This document shows positions 36,771 through 49,100 of a stretch of DNA of 64,000 bases, in pieces. Both the position numbers and the translations under genes were made by a program. The notes below the pieces were generated by a model. It was not told where the DNA came from and made no database searches. It saw nothing but the letters and a program-made list of their open reading frames with translations. Position 1 is the first letter of the stretch. The number at the start of each line of letters is the position of its first letter. Origin of the DNA: Podarcis muralis. Taxonomy: Eukaryota. The DNA is taken from the NCBI RefSeq assembly GCF_964188315.1, contig NC_135667.1:15562001-15626000 (forward strand), given 5' to 3'.

Positions 36771-37173
36771 CAGCTATGCTTGACAGCTATGCCTCTGGAT
36801 TTTTTCGCTGGCAGCGGATTTGTGGCAACGCCGACAGAGAATTTATGGCAGTGCTTTTTTCTAAAAAAATGTTTAGGGGTACTCTCATTTTAACTCAAGA
36901 AAACCATCATTTTATTGTTCAAATTGGGGAAAATTAAATACAGTAAATGGACAAAAGTACAAAGATTCACAAAATGTTTAGGGGTATGCATGCCCCTGCG
37001 GCCTCCCCAGAAAAAAAGCACTGATTTATGATATTAAAAGGAAATCTGAGGTGGAGTCTTTTCCCCAGTTTTGAATATCAAAGGTTGTCATAAGACTCAC
37101 TGCAGGTAAAGCAAGCAGGCAAACAAAAAAAGCAGAATATATCTGTGGAAACATGGATAGTGGAAAGCAAGCA

Positions 37174-38210
37174 AGATGATCAAGGGTCTGGAAAGGAAAG
37201 AGGAAGGGTTGAAGGAGCTGGGTGTGTTTACCCTAGAAAAGAGGAGACTGAGAGGAGATAGCTGTCTTCAAATATCTAGAGGGCTGTCACATGGAAGAGG
37301 GAACAAGCCTGTGTTCTGTTCTAGAGGGAAGGACTCAAACCGATGGCTTCAAGTTACAAGAAAATTCCGACAATACACCAGGAAGACCTTTTTTTTTTTA
37401 AAAAAAAAAGATATTTATTAAGGTTTTAAACAGTAAAAACAGACTTCACAGTCGAAACAAAAAAAGAAAAAAAGAAAAGAAAAACACCATCACAATCAAG
37501 CAAAAAACAGAAAAATACATTAGAACACGCAAAAAAATAAAAGAAAAGAAAAAAGACATAAAAAAAGATAAAAAGCCAATTTCTTACTTATTACCGGTAT
37601 TTTCTTAACCCTCCTTCCAGACTCCCTCACATCTCCCTTTTCTGTGTTCCCTTTTACACAATCTTGTTCAGCAGTGCCTCCCCCTCTTTCAAATCTTATT
37701 TTATGTTATACGTTTCAACTATTATGTCTCCAATTTTCCCCTTTATATCAATTTATTTAAATTTGACATAATATTATTCTATCTTTACCCTTAGTCTTAT
37801 GAAACATTTTTACATATTCCTTTCAACTATATCACTAATGCCATATTATCTTTATATCCTGCATCATTTTAACATTCATACATTTTGCAATGCTTTTGCA
37901 GGTAGTCTTTAAATTTCTTCCAGTCCTCTTCCACTAACTCTTCTCCCAGGTCTCGGATTCTGCCAGTCATTTCTGCCAATTCCATGTAGTCTATCACTTG
38001 CATCTGCCATTCTTCCAGAGTGGGCAAATCTTGTGTCTTCCAGTGTTTTGCGATGAGTATTCTTGCTGCTGTTGTTGCATACATAAAGAAAGTTCTGTCC
38101 TTCTTTGACACCATTTGGCCAGCAATGCCCAAAAGGAAGGCCTCTGGTTTCTTACACCAGGAAGACCTTTTGGACAGTAAGAGCTGTTTGACAGTGGAAT
38201 GGCTAAAGAA
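37174..38210 (+). mobile_element. CR1 LINE 3' fragment interrupted by an L1
   Basis: MIKGLE...ELGVFTLEKRRLRGD; resumes after 38171. Confidence 0.7.
37391..38152 (-). mobile_element. 5'-truncated L1 with ~19-bp TSD
   Basis: YATTAARILIAKHWKTQDLPTLEEW (L1 ORF2 end); poly(T) at 37388; TSD tacaccaggaagacctttt on both sides. Confidence 0.8.
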
Positions 38211-40459
38211 ACATTGGAATAGAGCCCAAAAAGCACTGTAAGTTGGAACAATTTCTCTGTATTTTTTGGATGTCTTGTGGTTTAATTTTAACTGATTTTA
38301 TCCAGCTGTATTTTATATTGCTAAGTTGCTTTGAGACTTTATTTGTATAGAGACTAGGAAATGTAATAACTAATCATAATCATAATCATAAATATTCTTG
38401 TTGCTCTCTCCTTTCCAGTGCTCCTGCTCAGCCCTGAGTTTAAGTGAGTGTGCAAGGGGCCCCCAGGAAGGAAGGACTCCAAAACCCGCTCAAGATTTTC
38501 CTGGGATGTTTTGGTTAGCTCTGAGTTTCTCCAATACTGGGTGCCACTGCCCCATCTTGTGCTGCAGCTGATTTTATGGGTATTGAAATTTACACATGCT
38601 TGGCTATTCCAGGAATTGTATCTCTGGAATTGTATCTAGGAATTAGAAGGAGGTTGAGGCATACAACCTACCGCGCCCTCCCCCCCTCAAACTTATAACA
38701 GTTATGTAGCAGGATCTCTGTCTCAGCTGGCTGGCTCCTGTCTTGGCTGGTCTGGATCAGGATTGTCCATGTAAATTGGCCATCATGACCCAGCCAAAGC
38801 TGAGTTTTTCCAATGCTCTAACCCAGGGGTCAGCAACCTTTTCCAGCCGTGGGCCAGTCCACCGTCCTTCAGATCATGTGGGGGGCCGGACTATATTTTG
38901 AAAATAAAAATAAAAATGAATGAATTTCTATGCCCCACAAATAACCCAGAGATGCATTTTAAATAAAAGGACCGTGGGCTGGATTGAGAAGGGGATTGGG
39001 CCTTAGCTTGCCTACCCCTGGGTTAGGGTGTTCAAAGGGGTGTTCTAAGGGTTAGGGACAGGCCAAACAAACCATTTGCTAATCTTAATGCCCTGACCAT
39101 GCAGTGAAGGAAAAGACAGCTTTTAGGTAACCTGGTCTGCAGTTGTTTAGAGCTTTGCATGTAAGTAGCAAGACCTTAGCGTAGGCTCAGTAGCTAATAG
39201 GTGGACTCCACAGACCTTTTAGCATGGGTGTGATTTGTTCCTGATGAGGAAAGGCCACTCGGCCTGCACAACCCATTAGAATAAATGGGTTTAATATAGC
39301 GCTACTTCATTGACACTAGACAGCGGTATGATGCATTTTCTATTTGACTGTCAGCTAATTTAATAAGAAATTCATTACAGAAACAGGAAAGTCCAGCTGC
39401 AAAAATAAGTCACAAAACTAATTTATTTGCAAGTGATAGTTTAGTATTTTCAACACAGCAACACCTGCACCCTTTGAACCAGGAAAGCAATTCATCAGCG
39501 GCGTAGCTAGCCACATGGGTGCCCGTGCCAGTGCACACGCCCTGCGCCTGGGGGCAGGGTGAGTCACCCATGGGGGCAGGGCAAGCTGTCCATGGGGCGG
39601 GGTGAGCTGGGGCTGGGGCGCACTGCGTGGAACCTCCATGGGGTCCACCCACCACCTCCAGCGGGCAGATGCAAGCCCCACGGTGCTGTTTTGGGCAGCA
39701 CGGAGCCTGCAGGCACCCGAGCCACTATGGCAGTCCTAGAGCCATGCCGCTGCTGAGGTCACGGCTCCATCGTCTGAAGTAAAATGTACGAGGAGGATAA
39801 TGAAGCCTTGAGAAGGGTTGGGCAGCAGCTGCAAGAGGCTCCGCAACTCAACTTTGTGCTGATGGATGGTGGACAGTGAGGGCTGCGGTTGTGGTGTGAA
39901 GTTGTTGTTGTTGTCGTCATTGTCCTCCTCCTCCTCCTTGGAGCAATGGAAGCCCACGAGACCCAACCGTAGCTCAGCTGTGGAGGCATTCAGTCTCACT
40001 CTCTCTTCCTCACACAGTAGTTCTAAGGAGAATGAGGTGACAGTGGAGTGTCGCACAACCCCACTCACCAGTGTCCACTCCCAATGACATCAGCACCAAC
40101 AAAGCTGAAGGCCCTAATGAGAGTGGGGGAGAGAAATAAAGCTGATCATACAGAGCGGGGGTGTTACAGCTCCATGTGAGAGTGCCTCTCAGTCTACAGC
40201 AGAACGTCATAGAGAGGTGGGGATGAGAATGGTATCTGGGCAACTGCCTAAGGGAGCAAAGGGGTGACATACTTGACAGAGTAGAGAACAGCCTCCTCCA
40301 ATCACACTCCAGTTCTTATCATGGGAATATTGGAGGGTAGGCATGTAAGTGCTTGGGAAAATACATGGTATGGCTTTGTCTGCAGGAGTCCCCTAGCAAT
40401 AAGGAGGTGGATTTCTGGTGCCTTGAAAAGGGTCTTGCCTTCTGCCTTCCCTTGGGGCC

Positions 40460-40740
40460 TCATTGCCCTTCCAGGTCTTTCACGAGATGTGGGTTTTGGG
40501 CCTTCAGTGCCTCATACAGCATATCCTTGCACCGGAGGTCCCAGCTTGGCAGAAGCCTGTAGAGCTCTCGCATCTTGTCTGGGTTAGTTTCCTTGGCAGT
40601 GATTTTTTGGTATTGCTCCTCACTGAGGACGGAGCCATGCAAACTATCCAGCACTGGTTCCACTGGGATGGTCCGTTGGATTAACTCCTTCCTGTGCCGC
40701 TCAATGAAGTGCACTTTGGAAGAGTTTGGAAACTGCGGCC
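40460..40740 (-). CDS. Gene C terminal CARD exon
   Basis: HFIERHRKELIQRTIPVEPVLDSLHGSVLSEEQYQKITAKETNPDKMRELY...KDLEGQ*. Confidence 0.93.
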
Positions 40741-43069
40741 CTACTGGGAAAGAGAGAAAGAGAGAATCTTGCTAAAGGTTCACACCACAGGCTTAAGACT
40801 GGTTCCCCAACTCATTCCTTCTTCCCCCATGACCTGGGAATTGTAGTTCCATGAGGGGAGGGATCATGAACAGAGCATTCCCAGTAGCTCACCTGCCTAA
40901 AATTCCCAGAATTCATTGGGCAAAGCCATAACTGTTGAAGAAGTATAAAACTGAAATAAGTGAGAGCTGTTGGAAGGGAGCCAAGGCTGGGGCCAGCCCT
41001 ACGATTAGGGAGAGTGAGGTGGCATCATAATTTGGGGTATCATAAACGACAGCAAATTGTCAGGCAATTAATTCATTACTATTTCACATAGTATTATATT
41101 TAGCTTTATCTTTTCTTACTTTAAAGCCCAGGAATTGATAGAGGGTGGGACTGAATGACACTTGGAACCCCTCCAAACTCTACCAATTCTATGCTTCTAC
41201 TATTGTTGTTATCATTACTGAACCCAGCTTTCTTCCACAGAGGCAATTTTCCTCACTATCCAAATTCCACTATCCCCATATGGCCTAGGACCCTCATACT
41301 TATGGGACCTCCTCTCCTGGTATGCCTCGCGGAGGACCTTACAGTCCACAAACAATAACACCTTGGAGGTCCCGGGCCTCAAGGAGGTTAGACTGGCCTT
41401 CTCGGCCCTGGCCCCAGCCTGGGGGAACGCTATGTCGCAAGAGACCAGGGCCTTGCGGCACTTGACATCTTTCTGCAGGGCCTGCAAGATGGAGTTGTTC
41501 CTCCAGGCCTTTGGTCTGGGCCCAGTCTGACCCCCCTCTTTTTACAAGACCCTGCATGTAAGTGACCTCTCTCACTCCTCCAGCCGGGTCATATAAGACC
41601 AGTACAAATAACTGGGCCTGGTGAGCACTTAATGTTCCCAACCCCTATAGTTATAATTCGTGGGTTGCCATCATTCTGATCTTAACTTGTTTTTAAGCTG
41701 TATTTTAATCGATTGTTTGACTTTATGTTTTAATGTACTATATACTTTGATGTTAGCCACCCTGAGCCCAGTCCTGGACAGGGAGGGCTGGATATAAATA
41801 AAATTGATGATGATGATGATGATGCCATGAAAACCTTATCCACAAGGCCTCTGTCCTTGGAAGAAGACAAAGTTATGGAACGTTGTCTCACAGATTTATG
41901 AATTATGCTTACAGTATCACTTAATCACAAATGACAACAAGAGCAAGTAACAGTTCATATTTTAGGAACTGCCACTCACTTTAAAATTGAGAAGCTCACA
42001 CTGTAAAACCTAGAGTGAGGAGATCAATGTCAGCAAAAGCTGTTCTGCTTGCCGGATGGAACAATTCTCTTAGTTTCCCTCTGAACTGTGTTCTGCGGAT
42101 TATTGTGACCCTCCAGAGAGGACTTGAGGGAGAGGGACAAGGAGGATATTGAGGAGAAAGTCCCATTGCATTAGTGGGAGCCCTTCTGATGCCATGTCAG
42201 GTTAGTTGCATCTGGGTAAAAAATGTTCTTAAAAACCTAGGTGAGTTGAAAGATCTTCATCTGGCGCCAAACAAAACAATAAGCCCAGACAACCTTGTCT
42301 AAGAAGGCTGTTGAATAAAGTTACAGTGGTACCTTGGTTCTCAAACTCAATCCGTTACGGAAGTCGGTTCCAAAACCAAAGCATTCCAAAACAAAAGGTG
42401 CACTTTCCCATAGAAAGCAATGCAAAATGGATTAATCCATCCCAGACTTTTAAAAACAAGCCCTAAAACAGCAATTTAACATGAATTTTACTATCTAACG
42501 AGATCATTGGTCAATTAAATGAAAGCAATAATCAATGTAAGGTAAGGTAAGGTAAGGTAAGGTAAGGTAAGGTAAGGTAAGGTAAGGTAAAGGGACCCCT
42601 GACCATTAGGTCCAGTCGTGACCGACTCTGGGGTTGCGGTGCTCATCTTGCTTTATTGGCCAAGGGAGCTGGCGTACAGTCATGTGGCCAGCATGACTAA
42701 GCCACTTCTGGCGCACCAGAGCAGCGCACGGAAACGCCGTTTACCTTCCCGCTGGAGCGGTACCTAATTATCTACTTGCACTTTGATGTGCTTTCGAACT
42801 GCTAGGTTGGCAGGAGCAGGGATCGGGTAATGGGAGCTCACCCCATTGCGGGGATTTGAACCGCTGACCTTCTGATCGGCAAGTCCAAGGCTCTGTGGTT
42901 TAACCCACAGTGCCACCCACGTCCCTAATAATCAATGTACTGTACTATAAAAAAAGTAAGACAGTATTGTAGATGATTAAAAAAATAATAATTCTTACCT
43001 GCACTGATGATAGCCATTGTTTGGATGGGGGGCTTTTATCCATTTCTGCAGTCACACAATCTATCTATC

Positions 43070-43124
<55 letters not shown>

Positions 43125-46100
43125 ATCTATCTATCTATCTATCTATATCTATCAGTAGCTGAATTGGGTTCCACACAGTCACAAAAACAAATTAACCGGA
43201 AAAGCCTCAAAAACCAAAATGCAAAATAAATAGCAGAAACAAAAGTGCCAAACTTAATCCATTCCGAAAGTCTGTTTAACTTCCAAAATGTTTGAAAACC
43301 TAGGCGCAGCTTCTGATTGGTGCAGGCGCCCCAGAAACAATAGCCGACAGCCGCATCAGATGTTCGGTTTCCGAAAATTGTTCGAAAACCAGAACATTTA
43401 CTTCCGGGTTTTTGGCATTTGAGAACCTAGGCATTTGAGAACCAAGGTACCACTGTACAAAAGTTATTTTTCATTTTTGTGCAGTGTATGTTCTACTGTA
43501 TCACCAGCACTTCCTATTGGGAGGAAGATAAGATACAAGTACAATGAAAGAAACAACTAAAACCTGCTGACCTTGTGCTGGGTGTATAATAGGAGAAGCC
43601 ATCTGCCCTGAAGTTAACTCATCTGAAAATCAAGAAGAAAAAGTCAGTCAAAGAGGGAATGTGACCTGTGGTCCTTTTCCATCCTGCCTCCCAAGATATG
43701 ACTCAACCTCACGATCATCCCTTGTTCAAAACTCACTTTTTTTTAAATGGGCCTTCCAAACAACTTCAGTCGTGCCCTTCTTCATCAGGTAGAAGTTGAA
43801 CTTCTCTTGCATTTGTTCAGCAGACAGTTCTACATACTGCTGCAGTTTCTCTGCATCCAGGTATTGAAAATGCAGTTCCTGTGGGAAAGAATGAAACCTC
43901 TGTAGGTGTGAATCTGGTTTGGCCCAACCCACCATTCCAAGGGAGTCAGATTAAAGGGTGAAGAAGGATCCTCGTTGAATTTCTCCCATTCTCAGACTTC
44001 ACAGTCTTGGTTCTGCCCCATCAAAAAACCACCATCATCTTCATGTCTCACCTCAGGATTCACTGTGACATCCTCTGGAGTACTAAGAGAGACCTGAGAG
44101 CCAATCATCAGAGGTTTCAGGGTCACAGGGGGTTTCTCTATTCTCTTTGAATTTACTTCACGCTTATCGACCGCCTGGGAAGGGTAAAGAAAGTCACTTT
44201 TGACATACGCAGAGAGGGAACAAAATTTTTGGAAGACTAGATGCCTACAACATTCTTGGCATTGTAGCACCAGGTAATGCAGGAATGGGGAACCTGGTGT
44301 CCTCCAGATGTTGTTGGACTCATATCCTTCCCAACAAGCATGGGCCAAGGATGATGGGTTTCATAGTTCAAGAACATCTGCAGAGACACAGATTCTCCAT
44401 ATGCAATATAAAGAAAATTAAACCACTATGACAATAGAAACTAAAATGTGGAGTGGAGATTTCCTGGCCTCATGAGGAACTGAAGGAAGCCAAGGCTCTT
44501 GGACTGGGCAGCCTGGACTATAAAGTGGCCAAGAGGTACCATGAATCCTGGGTCCACCTGCATCTTCTCTTGATGAGACCATGCAGGAAACCACAGAAGC
44601 CATGAAACTTCATTATTTGAATGAAGCATAAGAAGACATTTTAAGGAAAAGTTTAAATTGAGAAGGCAATATGATAGTGTGCTTTATCTCCCATGTGCCA
44701 ACACTGCAAATCAGGAAGAATGTTTTTCCTCAGGAGTTATCTGAGAAAGCTCGTTACTACCAAGCTGATTCCTTAATGAACGAAGCAGTATTTGTTCATT
44801 GCTAAATACGTTTACTCTGAAGGAAGTGTTACTGATTTCAATGAAGGCTTCCAGGAGAATGTGCTTAGGATTTCACAAGTAAGTGACGACCCGTTTGTTT
44901 AGAGAACCAGACAGGCTGTGTAACAAATGAAAAGGGCATATTTCAATATTGGAAGAATCACTTTAAACCAACAGTGCCGGTGGGAAGCTAAGTAACCCAG
45001 CATTGGGCAACTTGTTAATCTTCTCTCTACTGGCATGTTGATGTTGGGTAGAAGAGATCAAGTCCAACAATTGTGCATAGTCGGGGTTAATATGATCAAG
45101 CAAATGATCCAGACAATCGGGAATACCAGAGATGGAGGTTCCTGGTTACCTTTATTATTGAAGGGTCATTGGGCAGAACGTACAGGTGAAATGTTGGCGT
45201 TTCCAGCTGAAGCCTATGATAGAGCAGTACGACAGTGTTGATCTTTTGCTTAAACCACTTTTTGAAAACGACTCCTAGGGAAGAGAACTTGGGGTTTTCC
45301 AACACAGCATGGTGAGGCTCCACTCTGTCTGGCTTCTCCAGCCTCATCTCCCCTTCAACAAAATGTGCAATGTAGACATGGGAACTGTCATCACCTGAAA
45401 AGACAAGCATGTTAGAAGTGGGAAAGTGACAAAAATATCATCACTTAACCCTCCCTATTTCATGCAAGTATTCATTTTCTCATTGTACTGTAATTTAAGA
45501 GGTTTATAACATCATTTCACAGGACAATATGCTTGCATGGCAGCTTAAAACAGAATGCAAATCACAGAAAATAATAAAACAGCACAGTTGGAACATTTTG
45601 AAAAATTGAAACAAATAACAAAAGTCTGGTATGCCAGCACTCCTGACCTCTAGAACCCACCCATAGCATTCTGGAAACATCAATGGACATTTAGGACTCC
45701 TCCTATTATGGTTATAATGCTGGAAACTTCTCCCCTGACATACCTTCAAGGCACAAGAAGTGAGGGATGCAAATGGATGCCACAGCCTCTGCTGCATCCA
45801 CCTTAAAGTTGAGCAGAGGGCCAGCGACATGCAACTCCTCAGTGTTCTGTTCTGCCAGGAGCTTCGGCCATGAATCAAAGTAGTATGTTAAGGTCACAGC
45901 TTCTTTCACTTCACATATGAGACCAGTATCATCGCACTGGAAGGAGCCAGCCTCAGTCGAGCGCACTCTGAATGGCACAAAGAGAAAGACGAAAAGGAAA
46001 AGGGGACCCCACTCGGTGTACCTTGGGATCTCAAATTTCAGCAGCTCCCTGAGCAATGCCAAAATTCAGCACCTTACCCATGCCTCTCGCACTCCATTCT

Positions 46101-49100
46101 GAATAATAGTTGTGGCATCTCCTGCAGAGACCCTCAGGCTCCACAGCTGAACTGGCCGTGCTCCCCTAAATTTGCCTTTGAATAGCTGACATTAGGGTTG
46201 TTGAACCAAACTGTGGGAATGTTGAGGGTGGCAAGAGAGGGTATATTGATTATTAATATCCTAACTTGCCCTAGCAAGTTTCTTTATTTAGCAAAGTGCA
46301 TTCTCCTTCTTACACAGCAGAAACTGGCTGCAGACTCGTGTGAGTCTCTTAAGACTATAGGCAATTCAATCTGGCTTGTCCAGATTGAGATGTATTCTAT
46401 TATTCCTGGTAAGACCCCTTTAGGTAAAGGTAAAGGACCCCTGACAGTTAAGTCCAGTCAAAGACGACTCTGGGGTTGCGGTGTTCATCTTGCTTTACTG
46501 GCCGAGAGAGCCGGCATTTGTCCGCAGACAGTTTTTCTGGGTCATGTGGCCAGCATGACTAAACCGCTTTTGGCAAAACCAGAGCGGCGCACGGAAATGC
46601 CATTTACTTTCCCACCAGAGCGGTACCTATTTATCCACTTGCACTTTGACCTGCTAGGTTGGCTGATTAAAGACCCCTTTAATCCCTCCTAAAAGAATAA
46701 AGACACTGCAGTCTTATTCATAAGTGCTAAAAAGTCGTTTACTTACATTCAAAGAGAACACGGTGTGAATCCTGAAGGCAGGCTTAAGGCTTAAAGTTAC
46801 AAGTATGTACAATGTGCATTTACCCCATATTGGGGAATAACCCAGTGCTGGCTGAGAGCCAGCAGTGCAGTCCAAGCTGGAAGCAGGTCAAAGGTGAAAG
46901 GTGAAAGAGAGAGGACGGGTGCATGACTTGGCCTCTTATCAGGTCTGGTAAGGTCACAACCACCTGCTAGTCACATGCAAGAGGAAGGATGCTCCAGCCA
47001 AGTGGACCCAACATTCCCCTGCATGTCCACTCTAGCAAAACAGGCAATGTTGTACTTGACTGCTCTGGTGGATTACATCCCACAAAAACTAGTAGAGAAG
47101 AACAAGATAAATTGATTTTGGGGCAATGGCAATAATGCCAAGGAAGGGACAGGGGACAAGAGGAGCTGAAATGACTCCCTTGCTTCAAGAAACTCATTGG
47201 GTTATCTTGGGCCAGTCACTGCCTCTTAGCCTAAAGTACGGTACCTCACAGAGTTGTGAGGGGAAAATGGAGAGGGGAAAACCATGCATGCCAACTTGAA
47301 CTCCTTGGGAGAAAGGTGGAATATTTTTAAGGAAGAGAAACAACAATTCCTCCAAAAATCCAAACTCCATATTTTTCACCTTTCTCAAACTCTGCATCCT
47401 TCTTTTGATGCTACCCCAACCTGAAAAGGGGGCGGGATATATACAACTGGAAGTTAGCAACAGCAGTGCTTCAATGTAATGTTTTTTTCCAGCTCTGCTC
47501 CATGGAACCAAGGAATTCCTCAGTGAAGACATCAGGAATGGTGGTTAAGCTTCCTTCAGAGAGAATTTGTCCACCACAACTGACCGTTCACTGCAATATG
47601 CAGATCACAGATGTACTCTGCGTAAGTTTTACCGAGAACCACCATATGTGGTGACTGTGAGACCCACAGAAACCAGATGTGCTCTGTTGGACAATTCAAA
47701 GTAGAAACCACTCCCTGAGGGGAGAATGTTTCAAAAGGTCTGAGAGAGATAGAGATGATAGAGATAGAGACAGAGATAGAGATAGAGAGATAGCGAGAGA
47801 GAGAGAGATCACACACCTGTAAGCTTCATGGCCCCTTTCTGAGTCCCAAACCACCTCTGGTTTTATTTTTTCTGGAATATCCTATAATGAAACCATAATC
47901 ATTCATGTAGATGCCAGAATCCATATCCCATCTGGAAACGGGGCATTATTGTCTGTTCCTAAGACCCTTGAGACCACACCCTTCTAAAACAGATGTGACA
48001 CAGGAAGATTCCACACTAAACCGGAATCACAGCATTAGAGTTCTGCAGTAGTGCAATGATCTTTTTAGATGGAAAGTGTTTAAGCACTGGAAAATATGGG
48101 ACGATTTGAAATGTGACATCAACTGGACCGCCCGTAAGGTAAGAGCGAGGCAAGATGATTCCCGACTAAATGGAAACACAGTGTGCTAAGTGTGCATTGC
48201 AATGACTCTCACCATGAGTTATTAGCACAAGGAAAAAGCTGTTTAGATGCAGCCTTATTTCCTGCTACCAGACTCTAGCTTTGAATAACAAATATGTAAA
48301 TAATTACCTAAGATGGGATAGTTGCTAACCTTAGGGGACTAGAAATTTAAATTCAGTGGCTTCACGTTAAAAATATCAACGTGTACCCTATTCCTGTGGG
48401 TGGGAAATGCACATCAAGACAGGTCAGTCCCTTACCTCACTGGGACACCGGCCACACGGCACACTTTCCCCAGAACCTGCTGAGTTCTCCATCTTCATGC
48501 TTCCTTCCCTCTGTAAATATGAGCAAAGCAAGATGATTCCCAACTAAATGTAAGCACAGCAAGGCAAGAAGATTCCACATGAAATTGGAATCACATAATT
48601 ACAATTGCGCAGAAATGCAATGCTTTGTTTTTTATTATTTTTTTAAGCACTAGGAGCAACCTGTTTGGAAACAGCCTTGTGGCTCAATACCAGCAATTAG
48701 TGCCGACTAGCAAGATGATTAATTAATGTACAAAAATACCTAAAGAGGGACAAGGGCTTTTTACAGTGCACAAGAAATTCAAATTCAGAACCTTTCTGTT
48801 AGAAGTACCAATATAGGCTTCATTATCATGGGTGGTCAATGCAAATGAGAAGAATGCCCACCCTTTACCTCACTGAGACACCAGTTGCTTGTGATAATCT
48901 CCCCAGAACCTACTGGGTTCTCCATCTTCATGCTTCTTTGTTCCCCTTCATATAAGGGGGATTCTGAGTGTGGTGCTGTAAAAGAATGACAATTATTTGC
49001 CTGCTATGACTTTTGGAAGTTGGTTTGCAGGGTGAACACATAAAAATACAGTATTTCTTAAGAACCCATAGGATGTGAAGAGTAGCGCCTTGTGTGAGGC

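Noticed and set aside
36214-36937. 159-aa and 181-aa ORFs as host genes
   Set aside because: BovB 3' remnant and its antisense frame.
39736-40068. 110-aa acidic ORF downstream of gene C
   Set aside because: No recognisable domain or splice link; lies among repeat-like sequence.
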